Positions 23,880 through 37,517 of a stretch of DNA of 64,000 bases are shown one piece after another. Made by a program: the position numbers and the translations under genes. The stretch's first letter is position 1, and each line of letters starts with the position of its first letter. Origin of the DNA: Camelus dromedarius. Its lineage: Eukaryota. The stretch spans positions 29,700,001 through 29,764,000 of the forward strand of contig NC_087437.1 of the NCBI RefSeq assembly GCF_036321535.1, written 5' to 3'. The notes beneath the pieces are model-generated. The model was not told the DNA's origin, ran no database searches, and worked only from the letters and a program-made list of their open reading frames with translations.

Positions 23880-26800
23880 TTTGGGGTGATATGGGGTTGT
23901 ATACCTAACAGAGTAAAAATTAGTGATGTGTATACAGATTAAGGACCTGCTTCTGGGTTCTCTGCCCAGATCCTTCTTCAGCAGAACCCCTGAAAGTGTA
24001 GTTTTAACCAAACCCCAGAATTCAGTGCTTCATGAACTGGGCTCAGGATGGACTCACTTTGAATGGTGGTGATTTGAAATTTTTCAATATATTTTATGCA
24101 AATAAACATATTAACATATGCAATAATATAACACTATTATAATTTCAATATTTGTGCTTGTAAAATAAACAGTTTTCATAGAGGAGAGCAGAGAATATAT
24201 TACCAAGAAGTTTCCAGAAAGAGTTCAGGATTTAGGATGTCACTCTGACTTTAGCTACTGTAATATAAAAGAATGAGCAAATTGCATAATACATCTTGAT
24301 TATTCCTTATTAGCTATTGAAATCTTGCTAGTGATGAGTGGAATTTTGAAAACTGAGTTGCAGCCTCCCCAGTGATAATGACAAAGAGCAATCTGGAAAT
24401 TATGTACTACCAGCAGGAAAGGCACTAAGTGTACACTCTGAGAACCTATCTCATAGAAGGTGCTATCATTTATAGTTTTCTCTTTTCATTGGCTCTAATT
24501 CTCTTGACAGTCCTGAACTCTGCAATGTTCAAAAATAAGACAAACAGCTCTGTCTAGTGGCAGATTTGATCACTGCAGCCAAAACAAAAATAGTACTCAA
24601 GTCAGACCCTTTTAAAAAATCTGTCTAAAACTTGGCAAGCAGTCTTGACAGGAGATGGCTATTTTATCCCAACTCAGGGGACTCAATGAATAAATACTTA
24701 AAGTCATCAGTCATGTCCTCTCCACTTGGGACTTATTCAGCAGTTAAGAGAGACAGGTGCAGAACCCAACTCAGAAATTTAATTTAAAAGGAAAATGTTT
24801 TTATTTGTAAAATTGTGCTTTTTAGATAACTTTGTTCAAACTATAAGTGTACACCTTAACCTGTTCTTATCTTCACTCCCCTTTCCTTTTTCCCTTCTCC
24901 TGCCTCTATAAGAGAAATCTGGAATTGAACTATAAGTCTGAATCTTGTCACTTCTCATATGGCAGAGATGAGCTGCCCCATGGCAGCTGGGGTGTCCTGC
25001 CTTTGACAGTTGTCTCCACAAAGCACTGGAGAATGTGACTAGGGCATTATGTGCAAAAAAAAAAAAAAAAAAAAAATGAAGAATAGCAGCTATTGGCTCC
25101 TGATTCCACCACAAAGCATTCAGGAAACAGAGGTCTTTTTCCTGCAACCACTGGTATATCAGGGCAGAACCCTACTATTTTCCATATCTTTCCACGTCCA
25201 AAAATAATGTGACTTATCTTATAATAAATTCAAAAGGATAAATAAAATCAAGTTTAAAAAAAACCAGAAGATGAAAAATCCAACAGCAAAATAAGACTGG
25301 ACCCATGGTATTTCTGGGCATGGGATGGAGACATTGGCTGAATTGAATTAAACTTCATTGGACATGAAGGACGAAAAGTTGGTTGCTTTTTAATACATAA
25401 CAGTTACAAGGTAGTAAGCATATGGTCATATCCCCAAAGTAAAATGATCAGAGGGTTAAAGTATCACATGTGTTTGCTAAAGATAATATTGAGTATATTT
25501 AATATTGAAGAAGTCAATTAGAAAATTAGTTTAACATATACTCAAAAACGTTCCAGTGTTAAAAGAATATTTACTTTCTGAAGATAAATGTAATAGTATG
25601 CTTGTTAAAAAAAAATTAGTACCAAAGATATAAAGAAGGTAAAAGACATCTGTAATACAAGATTTACAAATAAGCAGTATTAATATTTAGTGTAACTCTT
25701 TTAAGATTTCATTCCAATGCCAAAAGATGTTATTTACATTCTGAGGAGAGCAATTATTCTTTTGTGTGTATTAATAGTGTGCATATAGGTGAAGACTCAA
25801 GTTGAACATAAAAAAGAAAAAGCTGATCCAATAGGAAAAGTAGGTGAGTCTTTTTTCAGGAGCTTAGTCTAAAACAGATTATTTTTGAAATATATCAAAA
25901 GGATGTATTTGTGGAGACAGTTCACATTGTGAGGTCAAACAGGTAGAGTTAGAAACCCTCAAATGTCAATGATACACATGCTGACAATTTTGACATTATA
26001 TTGAGGCTGAAAGGAGAAAAGACATATTTTATCAAAGTCTCCCTCAATGGTAACATTCTAAGTTTTTAAGCTACAGAATAATGACAATATTATGTAAGCA
26101 ACAAACCATGAAGTCTAAAAATCCTGAGCATGATTTAGTGTTATAATCAAGTAAAACCCACCTCAAGGCTAATGTGACACATATTTAATGATATGTATAA
26201 TCACTGTAGTATTACACAGCAATTTGGCATAAATGGCAAATGATTACATAAATGATGGAAATTAGCATGACTTTCATACAGCCAAATTAAGCATTTCTGG
26301 GGTCAACTGGGGAGAAAGATAACAAGACAAACTAAAAAGCTACTTCAAGAACATGCCAAAGAAAACCACGCAGCTGGGTCTCCTTTACCCTTTGATGACA
26401 GCACAGAGTTGAAGAGGAAAAAAGGAAAAGAAAAAAGGTGAGGAGTCCAACAAAGGAACCAAGGAAGTACTGTTTGTGGCTCCCTGCTACTTTCTCTTGC
26501 TTGTTCTCCTCTGGGGGCTTCTAGAAAACTCAGGACAATTTGATCTTTCCTGCAGAAAAATGGTAGGACTCTCCAACCTCCGGGCTCTTGGACTTAACAG
26601 ACAAAGAAATCTTCAAAGTCAGCATCTGCACTTACTGCCGCTGTCACCCCCATCATCACGAGCAAGTAGAGCCTCTGTACACTGTCTGAAGTATCTGCCA
26701 ACTTTTCTAGTTAACAAAAAACAGCCCTGGGTTGGTTAGCGGGTGCACTGCTGGAGGTTCATACTTGGGCACAGCAAAAGCACTGGATGTTTGGTTTCTG

Positions 26801-26984
26801 GGAAGGGGGTTACGAGGGGAGAGAGAAAGGTAGCACAGAAATGAGAGTAAGAAAGAAAAGACAAAAATTCCTCTCCCTCAAAAATTTTCCCAGAACTAAC
26901 TCTGCCTATTAAGGCATCAGAAAATAATAATAATAAAAAAAAAGTACATAAAATCTGAGGTAAGACTTTTAAAAGTTCAAATTG

Positions 26985-27070
26985 CAGCTGCACAATAACT
27001 GTGTGAACTTGGATAAGTTACTTAACTTCTCTGAGGCTTAGTTTATTTTTTTAGAAAAAGAATAAATTAG
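26985..27070 (+). mobile_element. MIR core fragment
   Basis: ctgtgtgaacttggataagttacttaacttctctgaggcttagttt. Confidence 0.75.
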
Positions 27071-27149
27071 AAGAGTATACCTACTGAATTCACAGAGGGC
27101 TAAACTAGGTAGCATTCATCATGCTTCTCACAGGCTTCTCTCAAAGTAC

Positions 27150-27515
27150 CATCTTAGCTTTGTCTGCTATAACAGAATACCATACACAAGGTGGTTCACA
27201 TTAAAAAAAAAATTATTTATCATGGTTCTGGAGACTGGAAAGTCCAAGATCAGTGTGCCAGGAGATTCAGTGCCTGGTGGCCAGAGCCCTCTTTCTGCTT
27301 TACAGAAGGCTTTTTTCTCACTTTTCCTCACTTGGGAAGAAACATAAAGGGAGAAAGCACATGTCTCCTTAGAAGGGCACTAATCCCATTCTTAAGGACT
27401 CCACCCCATAACCTAATTACCTTCCAAAGTTTTCGTCTCCAAATACCATCACATTGAGGATGAGGCTTCAACATAGAAATTTGAAGAGGACATAAACATT
27501 CAGTCCGTAGAACAT
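27150..27515 (-). mobile_element. MaLR solo LTR (MLT1A-like)
   Basis: tcttagctttgtctgctataacagaatacc...ttctggagactggaaagtccaagatca...cattcagtccgtag. Confidence 0.85.
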
Positions 27516-27957
27516 GACAGCAGTTGAGAATGTGTTCCTGCTTGTGGAGATTCTGTGAGCAGAGCCAGTCCTGAGGGACCCAACCCAGGTGCAAAATTTT
27601 ATTTGAAGTTTTATACTTTAACTTCACTATTTATACACACTTATATTCTACTCTTTATACATAGAAACGAATGTCTTAAATATTTACATCAAGTAAAACT
27701 GATACTATAATGGTTACTTTCTGGTTTAGTGTAGCCCTGGCCCACACTCCAGTTAGAGATGCCCACATTTATGAAAAAGCACAAACACAGTGCATCTAGC
27801 ACTCACCAAATGCACACTCAGCACTCTTTTTCCTTTCCCCTCCCTCCTTATTGTCTCAAAAACCAAGAGCAGCTATCTTGCCACCTTTGACAAGTTTGTT
27901 TCTCCTTCTTCCTGCCTCAAATGAACAGATGAGAGTAGAAAATGAAACAGCTACTAG

Positions 27958-28177
27958 ATAGTGCTCAATCAGGAGTGATTTCGACCTCTGGGGGACATTT
28001 GGCAAAGTCTGGAGGTATTTTTGGTTGTTGCAACTGGAGACAGGGCATGTGGGATAGTGGTATCCAATGGTAGAGGCCAGGGACACTGCTAAACGTCCTA
28101 CAGTGCACAAGACAGACCCCACAACAAAGAATTATTTGGCCTAAAATATCTATAGTGCTGAGGTTGAGAAATGCTGA
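27958..28177. mobile_element. MER20 hAT-Charlie MITE
   Basis: ggggacatttggcaaagtctggag...gtagaggccagggacactgctaaacgtcctacagtgcacaagacagacccc...gctgaggttgagaaatgctg. Confidence 0.9.
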
Positions 28178-29229
28178 GTTCCAGGTAACTGGCCCCACTG
28201 TGAGCTTTACCAGCAGACACCCAGGCTAACTGATCCGTACAGGAATGTTCTGTGTTTTGCCAGGCTGTAGTCACTCCCAGGCTTCAGGGAACCTAAATTT
28301 AAAATTGAGCTATAGAAAACTGTTTCATAGTGTTCACTGGATTCTGATTTTGTTCAGAATCTCACATATCCAGAAAATTTGAAATAAAACTCTGCCACAT
28401 AGTCAGAGGTATAACTTTCTTTATCCTGTATGTCATATTCCCCCACAGAGTACTGTGAGCTATTCCATTTACATACTAAGGGTGCTTGGTATTCTAACCC
28501 TCTAAGCATTCTGTGAAAGATCAAAACAGTTTGATGCTAATTCTTAATTCAGGAAGACACACACGCCCATAAACTCATCAGGGAATTTAAATAATGCTCT
28601 TCACCCTCAGACATGAAATAAGATGTGACATTTCACAATATGGCTACAGAAGAATAAACTTGTGAGTGTATCTGCCCTTCCCACTCCTGTTTTCTCCACT
28701 TGGCATTCACAATCAGTTCATTCACATAATTCCCATGTTGTATGGTGTTCGGAAGCCCCACTATCAACCAGGCCTGAGCTGAGAAGTGTTTCAGAAAACA
28801 CAATATCCTCAAAGGGGATGCAGTGGGGAAGAGAGGTGAGAAATAATAGAGGTATGACAAGTCTTGATGGAAATTAATCAAATAGGCATTGACCTAATGA
28901 AAATGACAAAATGAGTACTCTATGATATAAATAATCTCTTTATACTACAGTATGCTGCAACCCAGGCTCCACATGTGTCTGAGGGCAGAAAATTTCCTTT
29001 TTTTTAAAGACTTGGTTGACTTGTCAATGTTTGGCTCCTCACCTCTAGCAACAATAAACACTCGACTGATGGTCAGCAGGTGGAACCCAGTGTAAGCTAA
29101 AAATGGCCAAAAAGTTAAATCAATTAATAAAAAACCTGTGCTTTTTGTTGAGGCACTTTGCTCTGAAAGAAACTATTTTTTCCATCTCAGGGATAAGAAC
29201 TCCTGGTGTAATTTTACAGGGTTCTGAAA

Positions 29230-29815
29230 CAAGAACTACCTTTAGACCTAGGCACAAGAGCACCCTGTCTGTTGCCCACACCCTGGAAGCATCCAGAGGC
29301 CCTCCTCTGGTCATCTCTGCTCTGAGGGCTGAGGGAGCAACAGAGCCAGAACTGCCCCCCCCCCCCCCCCCCCCGCCCACAGGCCATGTTCTGGATGTCC
29401 AGTACCTGGAATTCCTTGCTGAATGACCCAAATACACTTCTAAGGACTATTTAAACCTTTCCCCAAGTCTGTTGTTTCTTCCCAAGAAGCACCTAGGCTG
29501 AGGAGTGAGCAAAAGGCAGTTATTTTACAGGGTACTTTGAGAGGGTGGCGGGGATTGGGGTTTGGATATACAAGCAAGGTGAGAGGAGTATAGGCCAAGG
29601 CCCTGGGCCGTGGGTCAGCTCTCCGCCACATTCTGGCTAACTCCAAGAAGTCCAAGAATTCTAAATGTGATTAGGAAGATGCTTTGTCAAGGTAGGCAGA
29701 TAGAACATTTTATTTAATAGTTTGGTAGTTTGATTTGTGACTTTTAAACTATTAATCCCCATGGTATGTGGGCTTTCATTTGACCTCTAGCCCCAGTCCC
29801 CACATGTAAAACAGT
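29230..29815. mobile_element. MER115-like hAT-Tip100 element
   Basis: Start ctacctttagacctaggcacaagag and end tttgtcaaggtaggcagatagaacattttatttaatagtttggtag...tggtatgtgggctttcatttg match my recollection of MER115. Confidence 0.65.
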
Positions 29816-30984
29816 GTGAGCGTTGGTTGCACCGACTCCTCACCCCCTCTCACCTGCAATCATCGCCTCTGCCTAACCTGGTTCAGTGGAGGTGGTTTTG
29901 CTCTTAATTCCTCTATCCCTCAACCCTGTTTCCCCTGCCTCTTAGAGTTTAGATGATGACATGTATTCCAGTGCGCTGGCATTTTTCATTCACAACCTGT
30001 TCTCTGAAAAATCTGCAAAGCATCCCTTTGTCTCTAGACAACTTCTCCAACCAGCTTTTATCTTCGCAGCTGCTGCGTTTTGACCCTCTCCTTGCTCCCC
30101 TCACCCTCCTCTGTCCCAGGCGCCCACGTGCATGCTTTTGTGCTCCCTTCCCTGGAACTCCTTTTATGGAGTGTGACTCACTTCAGGCCCTGTATGTTCC
30201 TTTCCGGCTCTGTCTATTGTGACTCCCTGCCAATTTCTTGCAACCTTTGTCTGCTCTTCCACTCAGCATCCTTTCTGGCAGCTTCTCTAGTCTCATTCTT
30301 TGGCAATTTCAATCACTTTTCCCAGTGAGCATATATATTATCCCTCCCTTCACTTCTTATATCTTTATAGGAAATAGGGAATTATCATTTTATTTCCAAT
30401 TTTGTTCTTCTCGTTTCTTCTACCTCCCAGATATTGAGTCTCCACCCAATGGAGGGGAAAATTATAATAATAATAAACTTGCTTTCACTCCAAAACTGAC
30501 CAGATTACAACTGGCTTTTGAAACTGGGGTATTGCCATATTCACCAGTGATTTTCCAGTCATTGCTCAACTTTCATTTCCTCTCAACTTCATATTTTTTT
30601 TCCTTTAGTAAAAGTTGCCAAGCAGCTTTATAGGGTAACTGGAAATATACCAAAATTAAGATTTTTCTTTGGCCTCAGGCTTTACATAGCTAAATATGAG
30701 TTATTCAGATGACAGAGGGGCTTTCCTGTTGTTCCTGCTTATGTGTTTTTTTATCACAGGTAAGATTATTATTTATTTAGGTCAATGAAATGACTTGAGA
30801 TTTTTGAAAATTAATTTTAGAATTTTAAGACTGTACTGGAAAGAACTTTAGAGATTACCGAGCCCCAATTTTATATTTACAAGAGGGAGACTTGGAACGG
30901 AGAATGTAGGTGGTTTGACAAATAATAGTAATAGCTATTATTGATAGTTTATGTGCTGGTGAAGTCATTTAATACTCAAAGCAA

Positions 30985-31440
30985 GTTTGGTGAAACTTTA
31001 GAAACATTCCAATCAAAATGAGAAACAAGACAAGGATGGCTGTTATTACTGCCACTCTTAAGTCATTGTACTAGAGGAACTAGCTAACCCACTAAGACAA
31101 GAGAAATAGTTTTACATATAGATATATATATATAAGAAAGGAACACTGAAAAAAATAGTTTTTAAGATCCAAAAAGTGAAAGACTAACAGATTCAAACCG
31201 TATGAAAAAGTAAAACTTTTATATTAAAAAAAAAAGATGACAACAGAAAACAAATAGGTGAGAGATAGGGGAAATATTTGGATACTATGTAGAGATAAAA
31301 AGATTAATATCTACAATATGCAGATCAATTAAAAAGAATTAATACCCAAGAAAAAATGAGCAAAAAATATAGACAGCTAATACACAGAAGAGGAAAAATT
31401 CAAATGATCAATAAATGTAACAACCTGTTCAACTTCAGTT
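30985..31440 (+). mobile_element. Old L1 ORF2 fragments
   Basis: aaacattccaatcaaaatgagaaacaagacaaggatggctgttatta...gtactagaggaactagctaac corresponds to the RT motif [27 protein letters not shown]. Confidence 0.75.
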
Positions 31441-31529
31441 CTTTTTGAGATTTCATCAATATTTATTTTCTCCCACAATTCAGTTTTTTCAGTGTGTCTG
31501 TTTGCTTTTAACTTAGTGACTGCTACCTT

Positions 31530-32365
31530 AAAGTTCCTGGGCTAAAGTGGGAAGATTACTCTTAATACTCTTAATCTAATTTTTCCCTGAGGCTGTTTAG
31601 TTACCTGAGAGATTTTTTAAGACATTTATTTCTGAATGCCTTGTTTAACTGTCTCTTACAGTTAGGATCTCAAAGCAGTTGGCTTTTCCAATAATGCAAG
31701 GCCACAGACTCCCTCTGTTTACGAGAATGCTTTACTCAGCTCATCTCTTTTTATAATACCTTGCTGAGTGAAACCAATAGCACCCAGCACACAATTAATG
31801 TTGTGTTTTCCAATCACTTACTCAGACTTGCCAGCCTTCCTGCTATATTATCCAAGATGATGGTTTTAACACTGCATAATATAGATCACCATCTTCCCAC
31901 TCTCCAGTAAAAATGTCCTTGCCACCTACTACTTGAGAGTACAGCCAATGACGCATATGTTCGGTTTAGAAGGCAGCATCCTTCTTACAATACCAAATTT
32001 TATATGGCCGGGGTAACAATAAGTTATGCTGTCTTAACCAGTTAACCTTGGGAACCTGAGAAAGGAGTATTTCTCATTTCACAATATCCACTGTGAGTTT
32101 CACAACTCTCAGGAGCAGCTGTCTCTGAGATCTAGCTCCTTGTGCTCCACCAGCTAAACACAGAGCCCTGCTGGTTGCTCCCAATGGTAAAGAGGTGGAG
32201 CTGGAAGGTAACACCCTGACTCACCTATGGCTCAGCCCAGAAGTAACGCAAGTCGTTTCTGCTCACAATCCATAAGTCAGAACTGACCCCACCTAGCTGC
32301 ATGGGGAGCAGAAAATAGGGGGGGAGCATGTGGCTATTTGTGAGCACTCTATAACTCTGCCAAAC
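31530..32365 (-). mobile_element. MLT1 internal fragment plus adjacent LTR (provirus remnant)
   Basis: 31530-32000 resembles MLT1-int and ends ggcagcatccttcttacaataccaaatttt; it is followed by an LTR-like segment containing ctcagcccagaagtaacgcaagtcgtttctgctcacaatcc. Confidence 0.55.
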
Positions 32366-32454
32366 CCCTTTATAACAAATATTTTATAATATCCTCTTAA
32401 CTAATCTGAAGGAGGTAATCACAGACAAGTTCACCTGCCTACATATATAATATT

Positions 32455-32851
32455 TATATTAGTTTGCTGGAGCTACCTTAACAAAACACCACAGCCTGGG
32501 TGGCTTAAACAACAGAGACTAATTTTCTCACAGTTCTGGAGGCTTGAAATCTGAGATCAAGGTGTTAGCAGATTTGGTTTCTCCTGAGACCTCTCTCCTT
32601 GGCTTGCAGATGACTGCCTTCTTGCTGTGGCCTCATGTGGCCTCTTCTCTGTGTGTGCACATCCCTGGTGTCTCTTCCTCTTCTTATAAAAGTATCAGTC
32701 CTATTAAATTAGAGCCCCACCTTTCTGATATCATTTAACTTTAATTACCTCTTTAAAGAACTTATCTCCAAATAAAGTCACATTGGAGTTCGTACCAGGG
32801 GTTAAGACTTCAACATATGAATTTTATTGGGACACAATTCAGTCTATATCA
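32455..32851 (-). mobile_element. MaLR solo LTR (MLT1A/B-like)
   Basis: tattagtttgctggagctaccttaacaaaacaccacagcctgggtggcttaaacaacag...gggacacaattcagtctatatca. Confidence 0.9.
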
Positions 32852-32941
32852 ATATCAAATTAAGCAGTATAATATCCTACCTGCAATATGAAATGAAATG
32901 AAAGGAACTAAATCATAATGAAATCATATATATATATATAT

Positions 32942-33520
32942 ATTTTTTGTTGAGTTATTGTCAGTTTACAATGTTGTGTCAATTTCCAGTGTGGAGCACA
33001 AATTTTCAGTTATACATGATCATACATATATTCATTGTCTCATTCTTTTTCGCTGTGAGCTACCACAGAATCTTGTGTCTATTTCCCTGTGCTATACAGT
33101 ATAATCTTATTTATCTGTTCTACATATGCCTGTCAGTATCTACAAATTTTGAACTCCCAGTTTGTCCCTTCCAACCCCTCTCCCTCTTGGAAACCACAAG
33201 TTTGTATTCTATGTCTATGAGTCTGTTTCTGTTTTGTATTTATGTTCCTTTTTTTTTTTTAAGATTCCATGTATGAGCGATCTCTTACAGTATTTTTCTT
33301 TCTCTTTCTGGCTTACTTCATTTAGAATGACATTCTCCAGGGACATCCATGTTGCTGTAAATGGCGTTATGTTGTCGTTATGGCTGAATAGTATTCCATT
33401 GTATAAATATACCACATCTTCTTTATCCAGTCATCTGTCAGTGGACATTTAGGCTGTTTCCATGTCTTGGCTATTGTAAATAGTGCTGCTATGAACATTG
33501 GGGTGTAGGTGTCTTTTCAA
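32942..33520 (-). mobile_element. Young L1 3' end including the ORF2 C-terminus (camelid-type)
   Basis: ORF 33215-33415 contains PFTATWMSLENVILNEVSQKEKEKY, the L1 ORF2p C-terminal motif; T-rich tail at left. Confidence 0.95.
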
Positions 33521-34334
33521 TGTGTAAATTCTTGAGCATCACTACAATAGAAGACATATTGAAGTAGCCAGATGTTTGCATCTACTTATAGTAATAACAT
33601 TTAGAGTTAAGAAAAGTTAGAAAATCGGAAGCCAACTCCATAGAGTAGTTGGAGGGAAAAAAGAGCAATGTCATGAATATCACTAGAGTAAAACCTACTA
33701 AGATAAGTAATAATAGAACAGAATTGTTTGTACAATATAAAGGAGAGAAGAAAATAACATTGGATGAAGTAGGGATAAATGCCAAGATTAATTACACATT
33801 GTCAAAGTGGAAAGAATGAGTAAGATAATCTCACAAATGAGCTAAACCATATTTATAAATGTAGCATTAAAATAACACTTTTGTTATGACAGGGTGGAGT
33901 AGCACAAAACTACCTCTCCTGAAATATCTCCACATGTTGAAGTATACATTTGATCTCAGAATTTGTGAAGACTTTAGAAATAATGGCTTTTGATAGGTAA
34001 TGAGGAATACAGCATGGTTTTGTAAAAGGTACTTAATATAAAAGACTCAAGAGAATTAGTATGCTAGGCCTCTGGGGACACTATCAGAGAGTAATGTTGA
34101 AAAATAACAGGCAGCTCAAAAACAATAACTAATTCCATTTTGTAATTTTCAAAATATATATTATTGTGCCACACACACACACACACAAAATATAAAATGC
34201 CATATATGAAACAAAGATCCAAACAAAACAGAGTCTTTACTGGATTAACATGGTGGTTGTACTCTTGAGAAATTTGGTGTATAATAAATCTTTGTGGAAT
34301 AAAACAATATGTGAATTATATAATTTTAAATAGG

Positions 34335-34565
34335 TGTTTCAACCACATGAATGTCTGTTTGGGATATTTGAAAGTCATTCAAGACATAGAATAGTCTTTT
34401 GAAGTACAAGACCATTCTGCATATTCTAGGACATTAACCATGATCTGCTTCTACCTGGTACTAAATATCAGAGACTCTCCCCCATACCTGTGACAACCAA
34501 GAAAACTGCCACCACTTTCCATAACACTCCCTAGAGAGTAGTGTAGCCCTGTTGAGAACCACTGC
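34335..34565. mobile_element. hAT-Charlie MITE (MER20-like)
   Basis: Ends gttgagaaccactg; internal gtgacaaccaagaaaactgcc. Confidence 0.55.
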
Positions 34566-34799
34566 TCCATCTTTATTTGAATGTTTTCAGCTCTCTGTGG
34601 TTTATTTCTCTTTCCTCTATTATTTCTGTCACTGACCACTCTTTTTATCTCTTTTCCTGGAATCGTTCAGAACAAAACTCATGACTCAAGCCTCAGTGCC
34701 CTCTAATCCACTACATACTCATTCCAGACATATCCTTCTAAAACACAAATCTGAACTTCTAGTCAATATGGTGTGTGATTTCCTGGAAGACCACCCTTC

Positions 34800-36110
34800 A
34801 CCTCTTATCTCCACCCCCAAATAGCAAAGATACCATCCAATAAAATATGAAAGCACAGTCATCCTCATAAATGGCTCCACAGGAAGGGAAAAAATACAAG
34901 AAAAGTACAAGGTTGTAAGCAGTGGCTCTGAGCTCTAAAACAGGTAGAGAATTTTTACCTCTACCATGGTAGCTGGGCTGGAAGTCCCTAGTCATTGTGG
35001 GGAAAGAGGGCAGACAGACCTACTGTGTCAAGCCTGATTGTCCTGCCATGAGGAATTCCCCATTCATTAACTAAAGCCAGTGCTGTTACCTCTGTAAACA
35101 GCTGTAAAGGTAGTGAGTCATTGCTTAAAGTGGCCAGAAAGGAGCAAAAAGAGGTGGGCTAAATTACTTCTTCCCAGAAATTGATCTGCAATATCTCTTC
35201 AAACAAAAGTCCTGATCTACCAATATAAGGCTTTTTTTAAAAAAAATGGAGGATCCTCCTGAGACCAGTGGAAGCAATTGTAAAGCTACCAGACACCAAG
35301 AAGTGGGAAGATGGTGAGAAGCGGGGCAAGTGGAGAGAGAGACACAAGAAATTTCTACACAAGATGAACTTGCAAACTAAAATTCTAGAGCACATAAAGA
35401 TAATAAAAATTTTTTAATAATAAAAATTAAAATAACCAAAATAATTTAAAACCACTCAGTAAATGATAAGAGCCAATTCCAAGTAAATGCAAAAATAAAG
35501 AAGTATTTTAGAAAAATAGAATAAATGTCCTTAAAGTACTCAAAAAATTTTAAGAAGGAATAACATCCCCCCAAAAAGCCAAAATAAAAACTGTACAACA
35601 AAACAAGTAGCTATGCATCAAGGAAAGTAGAGATTCTGAAAAAGCAGTAGGGAAGAAGAAAAGGAGGAGAGGATATGAATTGGAGGAGAAACAGTACTTA
35701 GAAATTCTAGAAATTAAATTTTAATTATTATTATTAGAAAATCAATACATGTATCAATCATAACCAAAGAGAGTATTAATAAATTGGAAGAGAGTACAGA
35801 AGCATTGAGCCAGAACCTATACAAAGACATAAAGAGGTTTTTTTTTTAATGTTTTTTAAAAATATTTAAGAATCCTTGAGGATAGACTGAAATGCTCCAA
35901 CATTAGACTAATCAGAGTTCCAGACATGAAGAATAGTGAAAATCAATAAGAAGCAACAGCTATAAATACAATGCTGATAATTTTCCTGACTTGCAGAAAA
36001 ATGTGATCCTCACATATAATATGCACAGTGACTCTTGAGTAGAATAGATAAAAGTAAATCCATACCCGGACACACCTATTATAAAGACAGAAAAATAGAG
36101 CAGTGAAACA
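34800..36110 (+). mobile_element. Old L1/HAL1 5' region and ORF1 remnant
   Basis: gaggatagactgaaatgctccaacattagactaatcagagttccaga and tgataattttcctgacttgcagaaa are ORF1-like. Confidence 0.6.
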
Positions 36111-36779
36111 GAGTCTTGCCAAACAGCCCCATTCCTACATGGGCACTTGGTATGTATCCAAAGGGAGTGATACAAATCAGCAATTATTTTCAGTTTTGAT
36201 AGTTTAGTAACAATTCTATGAAAAGAGGAATTCCCACTTTATATTTTAATACAAAATTTAGAGATTTTTGGAGATTAAAATAAATGAAGACAAATTTCAC
36301 TATCACTTTCCTACAACCTCTCATAATACTCACTATGAGAGTCTTTTAAATAATTTACGAAATAATCATTCTAAAATTTTTCACATCAACAAAACCCTCC
36401 GAACCATTTAAGGAGATATCCCCCACTTTTCTAAGTGATGATGAAATACAACTCATGCTATCTGGACACAACTGAGAGACTGGCAGAAGAATATATTAAT
36501 TCTATGTTAAAAGGATAAAGCTTACTCTGTTTTGTTAAAGACTATTATAATTTCTGGGAAAGAGAGACAGATAATTTACATGGAGAAAATTTAAGTCCCA
36601 ATTGAGGTAATTAGAACATTGAACTATTCATGTTTTTTTGTTGTTGCCTAATAAAATAAATTTCAGCGAAATCCCTTCTTAAGAAAACAGAGACCACAAC
36701 AATGTCCATACTTCAGGGTGGACACTTGGTTTAGGTAGTGGAAGCCCGTGTAGCAAACTTTCCACAGACAGCTTAAAAA

Positions 36780-37480
36780 AAAAAAAAAAAAAACAAATAT
36801 CATTGTCAACTTGCCAAAAGATAAAGTTTTAAAAGTAGGTAGAGAAAGAAAGTCAGAGTGCATGGAGAGGAACAACGATAAGTATAAAGGCTGAATTTTT
36901 ATAAGAAAGATTGGCAACTGGAAGAAAATGAAATAACATCTTTAAAGTGCTGGAAAAGAACTGCTAAAATCTCATATCCATAAAAAGTATCTGTTAAAAA
37001 TCAAAGTGAAATAGAGACACTTTCAAATAAAGACAAATGAAGGCTGAAAGAATTTTTGCCAGTAGATCCATTCCATAAGAAACACTTAATGAAATTCTTC
37101 AATTTGAAGGGAAATGATATTACATGGAAACTTGGATTTACGGGGGAAAAGTGGAAATGATAAATATACAGGCAAATTCAAAAATACTATACTTTTTCTT
37201 TTTTAATTTTATTCAAAATAATTATTTAAAGTAAAAGTGATAAGACTGCATTGTTGGGTATGTAACATGTGGAAGTATAATAGGTGATAAATAAAAACAA
37301 AAAAGAGGGAGTGGTGAATGAATATAGATTCTTACATCATGTGTGAAGTGGTGTAGTATTAGTTCAAGGTAGACTATGTTAAAAATACATAATTGTAATT
37401 TCTAGAAAAAATATTAATAAGAAAAGAGTTATAACTAAAAAGGGAAGAGATAAAATAGAATTTAAATTACTTGATTAAAG
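36780..37480 (+). mobile_element. L1 ORF1 3' part and inter-ORF remnant
   Basis: aaatgaaataacatctttaaagtgctggaaaag...aaaaatcaaagtgaaatagagacactttca. Confidence 0.7.
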
Positions 37481-37517
37481 TGATACCAAATTCCTACTTT
37501 AGATATATTTTATAATT

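Noticed and set aside
24955..24981. Minus-strand gccATGG micro-ORF MGQLISAI*, resembling a myristoylation start
   Set aside because: Only 8 codons before a stop, with no convincing splice donor to extend it; consistent with chance.
25055..25076. Long polyA run as the tail of a processed pseudogene
   Set aside because: No upstream polyA signal, TSD or recognisable mRNA body.
29103..29437. Poly-Pro and poly-Gly ORFs on opposite strands
   Set aside because: Both come from the C20 homopolymer inside a DNA transposon remnant.
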